NCBI RefSeq assembly: GCF_964213995.1 | Contig: NC_135819.1 | Location: 52,204,001 to 52,268,000, forward strand | Source of the DNA: Mustelus asterias | Taxonomy: Eukaryota | Direction: 5' to 3' | DNA length: 64,000 nt | In this document: positions 40,321 to 53,717 of the stretch, piece after piece | How positions within the stretch are numbered: the stretch's first letter is position 1 | Layout: each line of letters starts with the position of its first letter | Program-made: the position numbers and the translations under genes | Notes under the pieces: generated by a model | The model's input: only the letters and a program-made list of their open reading frames with translations | Told to the model about the DNA's origin: nothing | Databases searched by the model: none

Positions 40321-41473
40321 CTGTTTCAAATGTATGTACAGAATTCATTTTGGAAATATTAATAACTGCTCAACAGAGTGGATATGAATAGAGCCATCAA
40401 TTATTAACCTTAGAGATCAAAAGTATGAACTAGACATTCAAATCTGTCAAGTTGTCTTTTCATATAAAATGTATTGGTACATGTCTGAGGTATATAGGAT
40501 GGTGTTTCAAGGGTTATTTACTAAGTTTAAATCCATATAAGCTACTGAGGATAATATTACTTTGATTTAGAATTTATCTAACACTAAAGTAACACAACTC
40601 TTCTCAAATTCCAGATTTTTAAAGTTCAAAGAGGATAATGAGATAAGAAATATATAGCCTCAAATAGGAATGAGCTAACTAGATGTTGAGACCTGTTTTT
40701 GCAAGCTAGGTCTATGCTACATTAGCTTCTAGATTCAGTGTAAGATTTGACCACTTTTACCTGTAAATCGGAGGGTCAATTTAGTCCAATTTGTTTAGTC
40801 CTATGATTCCAAAACAACTTTAACAATTCCCAATAACTTCAGAAAGCTACAATGAAAGTTATTTTTATCATTTCAAATTCAGCCAATAGACCCAGAAGTA
40901 GATATATCACTGCTTTTCATCCGATGAAGGCAAAAAAGAGATTGGACAGGTAAACCAATTAAACGGTCTTGTGTGCAGAATGATTTGTAGAGCAGTAAGG
41001 CGTAACTATCATGAAGTTATGTTGCAGTAAATGCTGAAAGTCTGAGAGATATACAGAGATTAAAGTTCGATTCCTGTACTCATCAGTATGAAATTTTCTG
41101 GCCATTCACTTCAATGGATGGAAAATTATGGGCTGGAAACATAGAAGCACATTTCTTATCATATGTTGTTGATTGTAAAACTGAGGAGGAAGGACATGAT
41201 TCAGGTTTTAAAACCAGGAAGGAAACTGGGTAGGTGTAGAAACTCTGAGTAAAACTAGAAGTGAGCAAATTAGTCTACTCAATGTTTTTTAGCTTGACGC
41301 AAGTTAAATAGCAAAATCCTCACAGTTATCTTATTCCATAAGTACCCATGTAACATTGTGATCAAACACTAATAAAACAGATAGATTGTTGAATAAAGGG
41401 GAAATGAGCAAAATGCTGTCTGTGAATTTTAAATTTTGAATAGAATGGTGAGGTGGAATCAGCTGGATAATTC

Positions 41474-41720
41474 TTATCCTTTTCTCCTTTGTTCATTATG
41501 CGTGTATATTTTTTCTAATACCACTAATTTTGTCTCAGTTTTAATATAAAATGGAGGTAGTTGAGATAAGTTAAATCCAATTCCACTAAAACCAGAAATA
41601 TTAAACATTATCCTATGGGTGTTTCTATACTGCAATATATGTCCTGGATTCATTTCCATTAGGTAGTGTGTATATGTATTGCCTTCAACATCTGGTTTAA
41701 GATCTTCCCTCTTGTCATAT
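41474..41720 (-). CDS. ALG12: ALG12 last coding exon (RYDKREDLKP...YTHYLME...NLSQLPPF...TKLVVLEK...stop)
   Basis: ATATAG acceptor; stop at the ORF end 41474. Summed CDS is 1488 nt, i.e. 495 aa plus stop. Confidence 0.94.
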
Positions 41721-41829
41721 CTATATATCAAAAGGGGAAGGAGGGGGGAAAAAAAATCAAAATTACAATCTTTTCACACCAAAACACGAGTAAACACACT
41801 CAAATTAGGCTTCTTGAATTTCCTTATAA

Positions 41830-42300
41830 CAAAGAACAAAGAAAATAACAGCACACGAACAGGCCCTTCGGCCCTCCAAGCCTGCACCGACCATGCTGCC
41901 CGACTGAACTAAAACCCCCTACCCTCCAGGGACCATATCCCTCTATTCCCATCCTATTCATGTGTTTGTCAAGACGCCCCTTAAAAGTCATTATCGTATC
42001 CGCTTCCACTACCTCCCCTGGCAACGAGTTTCAGGCACCCACTACTCTCTGTGTAAAATCTGCCTCGTACATCTCCTTTAAACCTTGCCCCTCGCACCTT
42101 AAACCTGTGCCCCCTAGTAATTGACTCTTCCACCCTGGGAAAAAGCTTCTGACTATCCACTCTGTCTATGCCTCTCATAATCTTGTAGACTTCTATCAGG
42201 TCGCCCCTCAATCTCTGTCGTTCCAGTGAGAACAAACCAAGTTTCTCCAACCTCTCCTCATAGCTAATGCCCTCCATACCAGGCAACATCCTGGTAAATC
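41830..42300 (-). mobile_element. CR1-type LINE 3' end
   Basis: RFTRMLPGMEGISYEERLEKLGLFSLERQRLRGDLIEVYKIM plus GGGCCGAAGGGCCTGT tail. Confidence 0.88.
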
Positions 42301-44723
42301 TAAAGCAAAATGGAGATTTTAAAGACTTCCCGTCGAACAGTTTATTTTCTTCCCAGCAAAGACAATGGGCCATAACTACTTTGGAGTCGCAATCAGAGTC
42401 AGATTGCCACTCTGTACCTGGCTTGGGTCACTGTCTGTGTAGAGTTTGCATGTTCTACCAATGTCTGCGTGGTTTTCCTCCAGGTGCTCCAGTTTCCTCC
42501 CACAATCCAAAGATGTGTGTGTTAGGTGCATTGGCCATGCTAAATTCTCCCTCAGTGTTACCCGAACAGACAGCGGCAGAGTGTGGCAACTAGGTGATTT
42601 TCACAGTAACTTCATTGCAGTATGAATGTAAGCCTACTTGTGACCAATAATTAAACTTTAAATTTCATTGGTGCCAGTATTATCCAGCCTTCCTGACTCA
42701 GGCCGGGTGAGATCCAAGTATCGCAGCTATCCACGAGGCCTACTGTTGAAGGCTTAGATGGTCAGTGAAGAAGGACCCTCCCCTTTTTTTTGTCACACTA
42801 ACTACTATAAAGCAGGCAAGTTTAAAGGCCCCACTGAAAATGACAGGCCAGGGAGAAGGTAGGGGTGAGGGTGTCAGTTTGGAGGGGTGTGCTCCAGCCT
42901 GGTCATGTGGGTGAGGGCTGTGACGGAATCCTGCCACGATAGGTTGGGGATGAGAGTCAGGCCCGTTGGGATGGTGGGACGGTTAGTTGTCAGGGGGTGT
43001 GAAAGGGAGGGTCGGGATGTGCGGGCATCGGTCTGGGTAATTAAAACAGTTACAGAGAAGTGTGGAGAGGTTTAATTCTAACTTTTTCTGAGCACAACGC
43101 TGGCAGAACCATCTGAAGTTGATGACTTAAATCACTTTCTTAGATGGTGCGCAATGCCCAGGGGAAGTTAGTGCTTCTGGACAGTTGCCATGCAAATGCT
43201 CACCTGGGAAGTTCAGAGAGAGATTGCCCAGTGTGTCTTTGGGGTACCCCCCGTTTCCCCCCCCGCCCAACCCTCCCCGCAAATCCAATCCCAGGGAGCC
43301 CAAATGTTAGCCCAATTATGACCAAGTCTTGAATTCTCACAAACATCATGGATTTGTGACTATTTATTATTTAGAGATATCTCTACTTGTAAAAAAATGA
43401 GTGCCATACCATTTACCATTCCAATTCAGAATCATGGGGAAACTTTCACTTCCAGCAGAAGCACTTATGGATTAGCCACGCTTCATATATGTCACTCAAT
43501 TTTCCCTTTCTATTGTCTTTAAAAATTGGATGGAATGAACAACAGAGAGCCAATTCATAGCTAACTGCTTCCTGCCCACACCAAAAGTAAAAATTGGCCC
43601 ACTTAATCTTAAAGCAGAGGAGCACAAGAATCCCTCCCCTTGTGTCAGCTCACAGTTCCACTATCCATAAGCTATTTTCCAAATTGATCCATTATCAATT
43701 ATCTATTGGAGGCACTAGAATTGGGGACACAGTTTAAGAATAAGAGGTCTCCCAGTTAAGATGGTATGGGCGGCACGGTGGCACAGTGGTTAGCACTGCT
43801 GCTTCACAGTGTCAGGGACCTGGGTTCAATTCTCAGCTTAGGTCACTGACTGTGCGGAGTCTACACGTACTCCTCCTGTCTGCGTGGGTTTCTTCCGGGT
43901 GCTCCGGTTTCCTCCCACAATCTGAAAGACATGCTGGTTAGGTGCATTGGCTATGTTAAATTCTCTTTGTGTACCCGAACAGGCGTATAGCCAATGCACC
44001 TAACCAGCACGTCTTTCAGACAGTGGGAGGAAACCAGAGCACCCGGAGAAAACCCAGGGTGCACAGGGAGAACGTGCAGACTCCACACATAGTGACCCAG
44101 GGAGAATGTGCAGATTCCGCACAGACAGTGACCCCAAGTCGGGAATCAAACCGTGTGAGGCAACTATGCTAATCACTGTGCCACCATGCCACCTCTTAGA
44201 TAAGATCCTAAACAGTCTTCACAAGGTGGATGTGGAGAGAATGTTTCCTCTTGTGGGAGAGTCTAGTGGGCACTATTTTAAAATTAGAGGTCACCCTTTT
44301 AGGACAGAGGGGGGTCATGTAACTTTGGAACTCCCTGCCTCAGGAGGCAATGGAGGCAGTGTCACTGAATATTTTTAATATGGAGGCAAGATTGATTCCT
44401 TTGCCTAACAAGAATCTAAGGTTATCGTGGGTAGATTGAATGTGGATCAGCCATGATCTTATTGAATGACAGAGCATGCTCGAGGGCTCAAATGGTCTAC
44501 TTCTACTTGATAATTAGTTTGAGCTGTTTCACTAAAGATAAAAGAAAAATGGACAGAATACAAAATGAAATGAAATGGAGGGGAATTGGAGAACAAAAGG
44601 ATAGGGGGAGGTAATTAATGCAACTGTAATGACATTATTTCAAATAAGGAAATGCCTTTGTTTCATTAAAAATTCCAATTAATACCAAAACAAACATTGA
44701 ATATCCATTAGAAAATAACTTAC

Positions 44724-44799
44724 CTCCAACTTGGACTGAGTTCAAGGAATCGGGTAACACCAGTCTGTGCAGAAGCAACATCAATGTGCATGGAAACAG
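44724..44799 (-). CDS. ALG12: ALG12 coding exon 8 (AVSMHIDVASAQTGVTRFLELSPSW)
   Basis: CCACCAG acceptor, GTAAG donor, 76 nt; HIDxxxAQTGVxRF motif. Confidence 0.94.
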
Positions 44800-47700
44800 C
44801 TGGTGGGAAAGATGGAGGCGAGAGTGAAACTAGGAAGAATCCTCATGAAATATTCACTTGAAATTTGTTTCACAACTGTTAATAAGCAATATTGTGCATA
44901 ATATAGGAGAAATAGAACAAACGCAATTTAAGACACCAGTAAAAAAGTTGAGACACACAATTTAAAACTAAAAGGAAATATTAAGGTGTGAAGGGTAATT
45001 AACTGGAAGGATAGTAGAACTATCGCGTTGTATGAAGTTGGCAATACTAAGCGTCAAAAGTTGGGAATTCAAATGAATCTTGTCTACACTGAAATGCAAG
45101 GCATAGTATGCAGACTGGGTCAGTGCTGGACTAGAAGCTCTGGGTTTGAATCCAGTTGTTGGCCACAGAAGGAGTGTTCATAACATGGATTCAATGGACT
45201 GATAATCACCTTGGGAATCCTTCCACCACTGTCTCCATCATTCCCCAAAGGGTATAAAACAGTGTGGGTGTGAAGATGGGCTAAAAGAAACCCGAGGCTT
45301 CAGATGAAGACTTGCTGACTGGATGAGACTTACCAAGGAATCAATGGAGTGCTCTGGCTAACGCCTGAAGACCATCTGTGTAACTGCATATGAAAATGTT
45401 CACTAAACCTTCACGTCGTGAGTGAACTCTGAATTATGAAACTTTATTAGTCACATATTTGAAGTTGACAGCCACACCTATATAGGTCATGTCAAGGTGG
45501 CTGCAATTGATGTAGATCGAAAGAACATTCCTACATGCATTCAAATGTTGTTCCAATTCAAATTCCCAATAAAGATATTTCCTCAAAGCTGGACAGTTTA
45601 AACCTGCAACTCCTACAGACATTATATGAATGAGACTATAACTTTCCACAGGAAGTATATGATCTCCATCTTTTTCAACCAGTGGGGACGCAAAATAAAG
45701 ACAAAGGAAAATCACATTTCCTCTTGCACAACTCCTACTGACCAGCCTCAGAATGGTGGCTGCGTAACACAGACAACACATCACTCGCCTAACCCCTCAC
45801 CTAAAAACCTTTAAATGACCAAGGGAAATTGGCTTGATTATTTAGTTAATGTGCAAATTATGCCAATAAAGCATTAATCGTTTGCAATAATCAGGAAAAA
45901 ATATAAATAATGCAATGTTTTTTAACTATAATAACCAAAACAATTCATGACTAAAATAAGAACACAAGAACTAGGAGCAGGAATAGGCCATCTGGCTCCT
46001 CGAGCCTGCTCCACCATTCAATAAGATCATGGCTGATCTTTTTGTAGACTCAGCTCCACTTACCCGTCCGCTCACCATAGCCCTTAATCCCTTTACTGTT
46101 CAAAAAATTTATCTATCCTTGCCTTAAAAAACATTCAATGAGGTAGCCTCAACTGCTTCACTGGGCAGGGAATTCCACAGATTCACAACCCTTTGGGTGA
46201 ATCACATATCAAAAAACTCGAGGCTAAAATGAATTCATGTAACTATACAATGTTGTGATAGATTCCTGATGACATAGTGGCTCATTCCAGAAAAATAGCT
46301 GCCTTTAAATGCTTCACATATTGCTCACTATTTCACGCTCGTGAGTAAATTAGAGGCTGATTCGCCAAAACACTAAGCACCCAGATGTTGTGTAACAGAT
46401 CCCGATTTATTATCTGCATAAACTCTTGGAGCTCCATCTCAGCGGACGAGTTTTCCTACAACAGCAATTTTGATTAAGTCTTAATTGTATATGTGGACTG
46501 GGTGTTCTTCAGTTTCATTGCTGATATAATTGAGGTGACAGTTCATATTGTTGTTTAGCCTCCTACACAAAACAATGGAAGTGCCAGTACACATGTAAAT
46601 GTCATCCAGCGCTTGTTTTGCTGACTCTGCCGTGCTCTAATTCTTGGTAGCAAGCATGCAACTGGTTGGTTTATGAATAGGTAATATCAAATGTTTGTCA
46701 GTGACAGTTCTGACATAATACATGGGCAGCCCTTAGATAGTTCTAAGGAATTGGAAGCTCGATGCGCTGGCCCTTTATTTTTGTGCACCCTGACACCAGG
46801 ACAAACTTAAGCACTACAATAAAGCAATATTATTATCGTAATATTAACACAAAACTACTAAAATAAAAACACTTCAATAAAAGTGCACTTGCCCCTTCTT
46901 CATTTCACTCCCTCATTATTCTCCCTTTGTTTCAACTTTTAATTTTATTAAACTTAAATGCATTATTATGACCTAACAGTTCTTTCTTTTGTAACATTAA
47001 TTAAATAATACTATCTGTGTTGTTCTGCCTCAAGTTTATCTGTTTTGAAGACAAGATCTGAATTGAACAATTTCATCTTTGATTGGCTATGAATCATTTT
47101 TGATATTTAAAGTTTATTTATTAGTGTCACAAGAAGGCTTACATTAACACTGTAATGAAGCCACTGTGAAAATCCCCAAGCCACTGCACTCTGGTGCCTG
47201 TTCGGGTACACTGAGGGAGAATTTAACATGGCCAATGCACCTAACCAGCACGTCTTTCGGGTTCTGGAAGGAAACTGGAGCACTCGGAGGAAATCCATGC
47301 AGACGCGGGGAAAATGTGCGGACTCCACATAGACAGTGACCCAATCCGGGAATTGAACTCAGGTCCCTTGCGCTATGAGGCAACAATGCTAACCACTGTG
47401 CCACCCCAAGCTCAGATGTACGAGGAAACAATGTGGACGGAAGTGTAAAGAGCACAATTGCTGTAAATGCAAGTCAATGTTGTAATATCAGTCTTACCAC
47501 ACTCAAACTTATATTGTGGTGTACCGATATCTTATTTCGCAAAGGTTGGCAAGTCACGCCATTAATGGAGGACACCACTCATTGTAAACAAACTATCCCT
47601 AATTAAAAATCATTACCAATGGGCTTATTTTTACACAACTGTAAAATGTAATATCTTGCAGTGTCCGCCAACCTTCATGGAAAACAGATCGTGAACAGGT

Positions 47701-47872
47701 GGACACCACACACTCATATGTCATGGTCAGCTGGGCATGTACCGAAGATCTAAGCATGAATAAGCAGTCATAGAGATCTTCCCCAGTCACTTTACATAAC
47801 CTGTATTTGTACGACATATTTCACAAGCATGGTTTCCTTATCAAGATATTTTAGCATAGCAGGGTAACAGAC

Positions 47873-48042
47873 CTGTTGCTGGAGGCACAGTCTCATGTAG
47901 CTTTTGCATGGCGACTCCACCAGGGTAGTTGTGGTGGGACACATACAGTAGCATCCCAGTGTAGCAGGCATTTGCCAGTAGATGTGTGATCACAACCAAG
48001 GATCCTAACTTGTACAAAAGTGACTTGCGGTAATTGATCATT
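47873..48042 (-). CDS. ALG12: ALG12 coding exon 7 ([14 protein letters not shown]...[24 protein letters not shown])
   Basis: GCACAG acceptor, GTCTG donor, 170 nt; NYPGG motif. Confidence 0.93.
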
Positions 48043-48759
48043 CTGTGCAACAGAAGAAATATAATTAACAATGTGCTTTTACCAGTCATTATATTTAGGA
48101 ACACAGGCAGAGTATGCTATTCACACCCTCAAATCCATTGGACCATGGCTGATCTGTACTTCAAATTCCCCTCTCCTGGCATTTTGCCATATCCTTTAAT
48201 AATTTTACATGATCCATTTCAGTTTTTCAAATTTCAAATGACCAGAACCCACAAGCCTTTTGAGAGAGCAAGTTCCAGACTTTCTCTATCCTTCTCTGTC
48301 AAGAAGTTTTTTTAAATTTCAGTTCAAAATGGCCCAGTTCCAATTTAAAGATAATGCTATTTTGGTTTGGAATCCCCAATCGGTAGAAACTGCTTCTCTA
48401 TATCTATCTTACTGAATCTCCTTATCATTTTGAACACCCTGATTAATTAACCATCAATATTCCAAATGTTCAGAAATAAAAAAGTCAAGTCAAGCTTGGG
48501 ACTAGTAATATGCTATTGAATCTATACGATACCCTCCCAATATAAACTTCCAAGTATATATTTCCTAATATTTGGTGATCAAAACTTAATGCAGTGTCCC
48601 AGAAGAAGTCTGACCAAGGCTACACAAAGCATAAGCATCATTGCTTCACTGTTCACCCACCATTAGATAACGATCACATCCTTTTAGTTTTGTGTGCATG
48701 GACATCTAAATTCCTTTGCTTCATTATAGCCTAAAATCTTTCACCATTATTAAAATATC

Positions 48760-48995
48760 CTGAAACAAAAGCAGAAAATGCTGGAAAATCTCAGCAGGTC
48801 TGACAGCACCTCTGGAGCGAGAATAGAGCCAGCGTTTCGAGTCTGGGTGACCCTTTGTCAGAGCAACGAAGGGTCATCCAGACTCGAAACATTGGCTCTA
48901 TTCTCCCTCCACAGATGCTGTCAGACCTGCTGAGATTTGCCAGCATTTTCTGTTTTTGTTTCAGATTCCAGCATCCACAGTATTTTGCTTTTATT
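48760..48995. mobile_element. Fold-back (palindromic) element made of two inverted Penelope-type 3' ends with degenerate hammerhead cores
   Basis: Arms of about 105 bp are near-perfect reverse complements around about 48862; each carries a decayed version of CTGACGA-A-GGGTC-ATCCA-GACTC-GAAAC. Related pieces at about 1630-1720, 4875-4960, 17660-17770, 21620-21795, 31860-32310, 58150-58369 and 62027-62082. Confidence 0.75.
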
Positions 48996-50018
48996 TTAAT
49001 GAAGTATTCTGTTCTGCTTTCCTCAGATCCAAAGTCTATGACCACACTCAACTCTATCTGCCACAGTTTTGCTCACTCACCTAGTTTATCGCCGTTGCCA
49101 CTGGCTGCTCCTATATATGCCAACATTGGACAGAATTTTCCCATCCCATCCACAGGAATTGTAGTGGGTGGGACATGGACCATGCAGAGTATTGCTGACC
49201 TCGGGTGGGATTTTCCGGCATTGTGGTGAGCATGGCCGGAAAATCCTGCCAATAGTGTCTCCTAATTTAGTGTAATCCGCAAGGCATACAATTCTCTATT
49301 GCTTTATCCAGGCCATTGGTACACAGGGTGAAAAGCTGAGGCCCTTGTCCAGATCCTTGGGAACATCACTGGTCACATCCCACCAAATAGAGAATGGAAG
49401 CTTTAGCCTGTTTCTTCCACCCAACTAACCACTCTTGGCACAAGTTTACCTCTAATTTCATGCTTTAGCTTTGCACCCTTGTACAAAAGATACTGGGTCT
49501 GATCCCAGTTCATCACAAGTACAATGAAGGCAGTTACTTCATTCTGCTAAGAGTAGGTTTTTATAAAGAATTAAGTTCAGGAAATTTGTCTCATATATTT
49601 GCACATTATAAGAAAATACCACTTTGCCATTCTGAAACTATTGCTGTATTAGCATATTAAAAATACAATCAGGCTATAACTAATATAATGTAAATTCCCC
49701 AATAAGATCCTTGCAATTTTGTTTTCTGTCCATCTCACAGTCCTTTCTAAATTGAATTAAATGAACACACATCTGCCATTTTGGGTGGGAAAATATACTT
49801 GGGAGGGCAATTGTTATTGGAGAAACAATAATACGAATAAATTTGCACAGACTTATTCAGTGTTGCACAGCCAGATAGCATGTGAAAATGTGGGCTTAAC
49901 ACTCCTACTAAAGCAGTACCAGTTTATGACAAATCTCTCTCACCACCTGCATTTGCCTTCCAAAAAATAGTCAAATCAAACTCCTGACTTTTTAAGTTCA
50001 ATGACATTGAGTACTTAC

Positions 50019-50242
50019 ACGGACGAACACCCAATCGCTGCAATGATATTCAAGATAGGAAAAGTGTAAATTATGAAGCGCAACTCCTTGTGAGGTAGGA
50101 ATGAATATAGAAAGATGAAACCAAGTGTTGGGAAGAGTAACCTCCAACTCCTTCGATCCCTGGCCCCAAGAGGCAGAAAGGTTATACTGCAGCCAAGGGC
50201 ACGAGGCAGCACCGAGTAAAAATACCAGAAAAAGGGTAAGGT
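50019..50242 (-). CDS. ALG12: ALG12 coding exon 6 ([17 protein letters not shown]...[11 protein letters not shown]...)
   Basis: PHKELRF motif; U12 branch site TTCCTTGAC upstream of the AG; GTAAG donor; 224 nt. Confidence 0.95.
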
Positions 50243-52510
50243 CTGAATAGATTCTCAGTCAAGGAAACACAAAAAACTTAAGTCATTAAAGTAAAATTAC
50301 ATTTGGAGAGCCAGCAAGTAATGGTGCAGCCTATCAAATGGAAATCAATTGAAATTAGTCAAGGATAGTGAGTGATTGTCAAGCCCATAGAACTCAATTG
50401 ATCCTCAAATTTCTTTCAAGAGACAACTTCCAATGCTCTCATTAATGGGTTAGATACAGAGAAAAGCTCCCTCAACTCTGTTCCAAAAATGTTTTCCCCA
50501 GCCAAAGGATGTGGTAGGCAATGGAACATTTCCCAGACCAGGCGTGCAGGAGTCTAGTGAGTGATAAATCATGGATAGCTTATGTTGTGGATTCCAAGTC
50601 CATTAACAACTAGAATGGTTTCACAGATTCTTATAGCCAGAAGGTAATAGACGTTTGCAACATTAATCTACACTGGATTTGAGCCTATACCCATCAGGGG
50701 AAAGAAGTGTAACCCATGGTATCAATTAGTTCCACTGGCATCACCTCTAAAATTAAAACTTTTTTTTGATAAAGCAATCTGTTTCTCAAAGCCATTTGGT
50801 ACTGAGAAGCAGAACGTTTCGTTGAAAAAGATCACACTTCTCTGAACAAATCACAATCTCACCATGACAATTTTATAGGGATAACTTTTACGATTATGCT
50901 TTCCTATCACAAAAAGCTCACCTGCCAGAAATGTACATTAGGAATTCTCTGTTTGTAGCTCAAAATTTTCCACCTACTAATTTTACTTGATGAAAAATCC
51001 CAGACTCCAAAAAAGAATTCCTAAAGTATGCTCCCGGCAGTAGATGCTATGGCAAATGCATGCAATTAGAACATTTTCAGGTTATAAACAGAATTGTGTG
51101 ACAAAGCTACAAACATCTCGATCATTTTAGTGAAGTGATCTAGTGTTAAGTGGCAGAAAGTGACTTCTAGCACATAGCTTTATAATTACTGGTGAACCTT
51201 AAAATCATATTAGAAGCAAGAGCCTAATGATATTTTTTCCTTCGATTCTAATGCTGACAATAAATGATGGAGATGGTATCACACAAGCTTTCGTGGTTCA
51301 CAACCTTCAGTTTTTCTTTATCTGTTCACAGGATATGGATGTCGCTGGCAAGGCCAACATTTATTGCCCATTCTTAACTGTTCTGAGAAGGTAGTGGTGA
51401 GCTACCTTTTGGAACCATTGTAGTCGGAGTGGTGTAGGTGCACACACAATGCCGTGATGTAGAGTAGTCCATCTGGTTTTGACCTTGTTGCAGTAATCTG
51501 ATGCAATTGAGTGGCTGATATCGTTTCAAAGGACAAAGGTCAATCAGGTTGCTGTGGGTTTTTGATTCACATGGAGACCAGACTATGTATGTGTTAATTG
51601 TATAGTAATTTGAGTGTTTAATTATAGTCAGGTGGTGGGCATTAGCTAGGGACTCACTTGTGTTCCTATTTATAGTGCGGTCTGAAACTGTAGGGATGGG
51701 GTTTGGATTTGTACTTTTGTAATATGTATTTCTGTAAATACAAGTTCAGAGGTTACAGATGGAAGATTAGGTTCCAGTTTTATCCTTCATTGCTTGATTT
51801 CTGGATAGCAGAGTAAGACTTCACTTAAGGACACTGGGAAATCAGAAAGGATTTTATGACAACTTGATGATTAAGTAAATAGGGAATTATCTGTTCCCCA
51901 ACTACCATGTCTTAAGATCATTAGTCCAATAACATAACCATTAAGCTACCAGGTTTCATTCTCATTCATGCTGATTTTTCTATGCTGGCAACTGCCATTA
52001 TAATAATGCCTTCACCCTTTGTTTTTCTCACCAATGTGTGACAACACCCACACTAATAAATGAATAATTGTAATATTTCAAGTTAATAGTGATAATCGCA
52101 GATTGCATGGAAATAAGACAGTCAGCATATCTCATATTTAACCTAATATGTAGTGAGATCTTCAGCCAGAGAGTGGTGAATCTGTGGAACTCTTTGCCGC
52201 AGAAGGCAGTGGAGGCCAGGTCATTGAGTGCCTTTAAGACAGAGATAGATAGGTTCTCGATTAATAAGGGGGTCAGGGGTTATGGGGCAAAGGCAGGAGA
52301 ATGGGGAGAGAAAAGTATCAGCCATGATTGAATGGCGGAGCAGACTCGATGGGCCGAGTGGCCTAGTTCAGCTCCTATGTCTTAAGGTCTATGGAGATAT
52401 AAATTATATATTCCCAGTGAAGACAATCACAATTAAAATAAACATTTTAACTTTTAAGAATTTTGTTTTTGAGTTCTTCTACAGTGATCTGAAGACCGTG
52501 TAAAGGATAG
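50243..52510 (-). other. U12-type (minor spliceosome) intron of ALG12 with apparent CT...AG termini
   Basis: 5' end CTATCCTTTA against the consensus RTATCCTTT; branch TTCCTTGAC at 50258-50266 close to the AG; no polypyrimidine tract. Confidence 0.85.
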
Positions 52511-52614
52511 TCCCCATTTGGAGCTCTTATTCAAGACTGTGTTGTACCAAAGTACTTCTCCCTCAGGCCATAGAAGACGTCGCCAAAATATAGAATCCAC
52601 ACACACAGTTAGGC
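52511..52614 (-). CDS. ALG12: ALG12 coding exon 5 ([35 protein letters not shown])
   Basis: TTTCAG acceptor, 104 nt, hand translation; followed by the U12-type donor CTATCCTTT. Confidence 0.93.
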
Positions 52615-52717
52615 CTGAAATGAAACACATCAGATGTTACTATTTGTGTTCATTTGGTTGTATGCACAAGTCTTTCAATTCAAGTCACTGTCAAAGAACA
52701 AACAGTAAATGACTTAC

Positions 52718-52912
52718 CCAACCACACCAAACCAGCTGGCACTGCATGGCACAGGGTTTTGGAAATAGAAATACGATGGGTCACTAATGATAGCAGCAGC
52801 ATGAGGCCCAGGAATACGCAAAGTTCAGATCGGAACACAATGATAGATAAAGCAGAAAGCCAGATAAAGGTGCCGTGGTTCTGTTTCATCCAGGCAGTAA
52901 ACGCCAAGATAA
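52718..52912 (-). CDS. ALG12: ALG12 coding exon 4 (VILAFTAW...[14 protein letters not shown]...AVPAGLVWL)
   Basis: TTGCAG acceptor, GTAAG donor, 195 nt. Confidence 0.95.
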
Positions 52913-53717
52913 CTGCAACATACATAAAATAGACAGTTTTCAAATCAATGTGCCCCCTTAAAGACTATGTGCCTATAGAAATGTTTCCCAGAGAAAGCCT
53001 TCTCTGGAAGAAAAATGTTTGCATATGAACATGTAATAATTTAGAACAATTTCAAATCTTAATTTCAGTCCAGCGTAGTTCCATTATTAGACATATTTTC
53101 AGTCATTACCTTCACTAGACAGCCTTGGCTCACCAGCAAGCAGTTAGCTCTGTCAGAAGATTGTGAGTTCATGTCCCATTACAACAGTTGAGTGTATAAT
53201 CTAAGCTGGCATGTTGGTGCAGTTCTGAGGGAGTCCTGTGCTCTGCGAAGTTTTGACTTTCAGATGAGACATTAAGCTAAGGCCCTGTTTTCACACTCAT
53301 GGACAAAAAAGATCCCCAGGCCCAATTCAAAGAAGTTCTCCCAATTACTACACCTCAAAAAGTACTTAATTTTTTATTAAGTGCTTTGCGAAGTCCTGAG
53401 ATTATGACAAGTACTATATAAATGCAGGCACTTTTTATTATATATATATATTATATATTAATTTTAAACATGTTTATTTTTAATTAAACATCTAATTTCA
53501 GGTGATACTGTCCCAGAGTGTGAACCAAAGATGGAGTCTGCTCCAAGATGAGCATCCAGCCTCATTACCTCCACCCTTCTAGTAAGGTTTCAGTAAGAAG
53601 ATTTGAGCCATATGATGGCAAAAACTTCATTTTGTGCCTTCTACTATTTCAATGTGACTCATGAATGGCACAAAACAAATGTATTTCCATCACCACATTG
53701 CTACACTGTATTTAACA

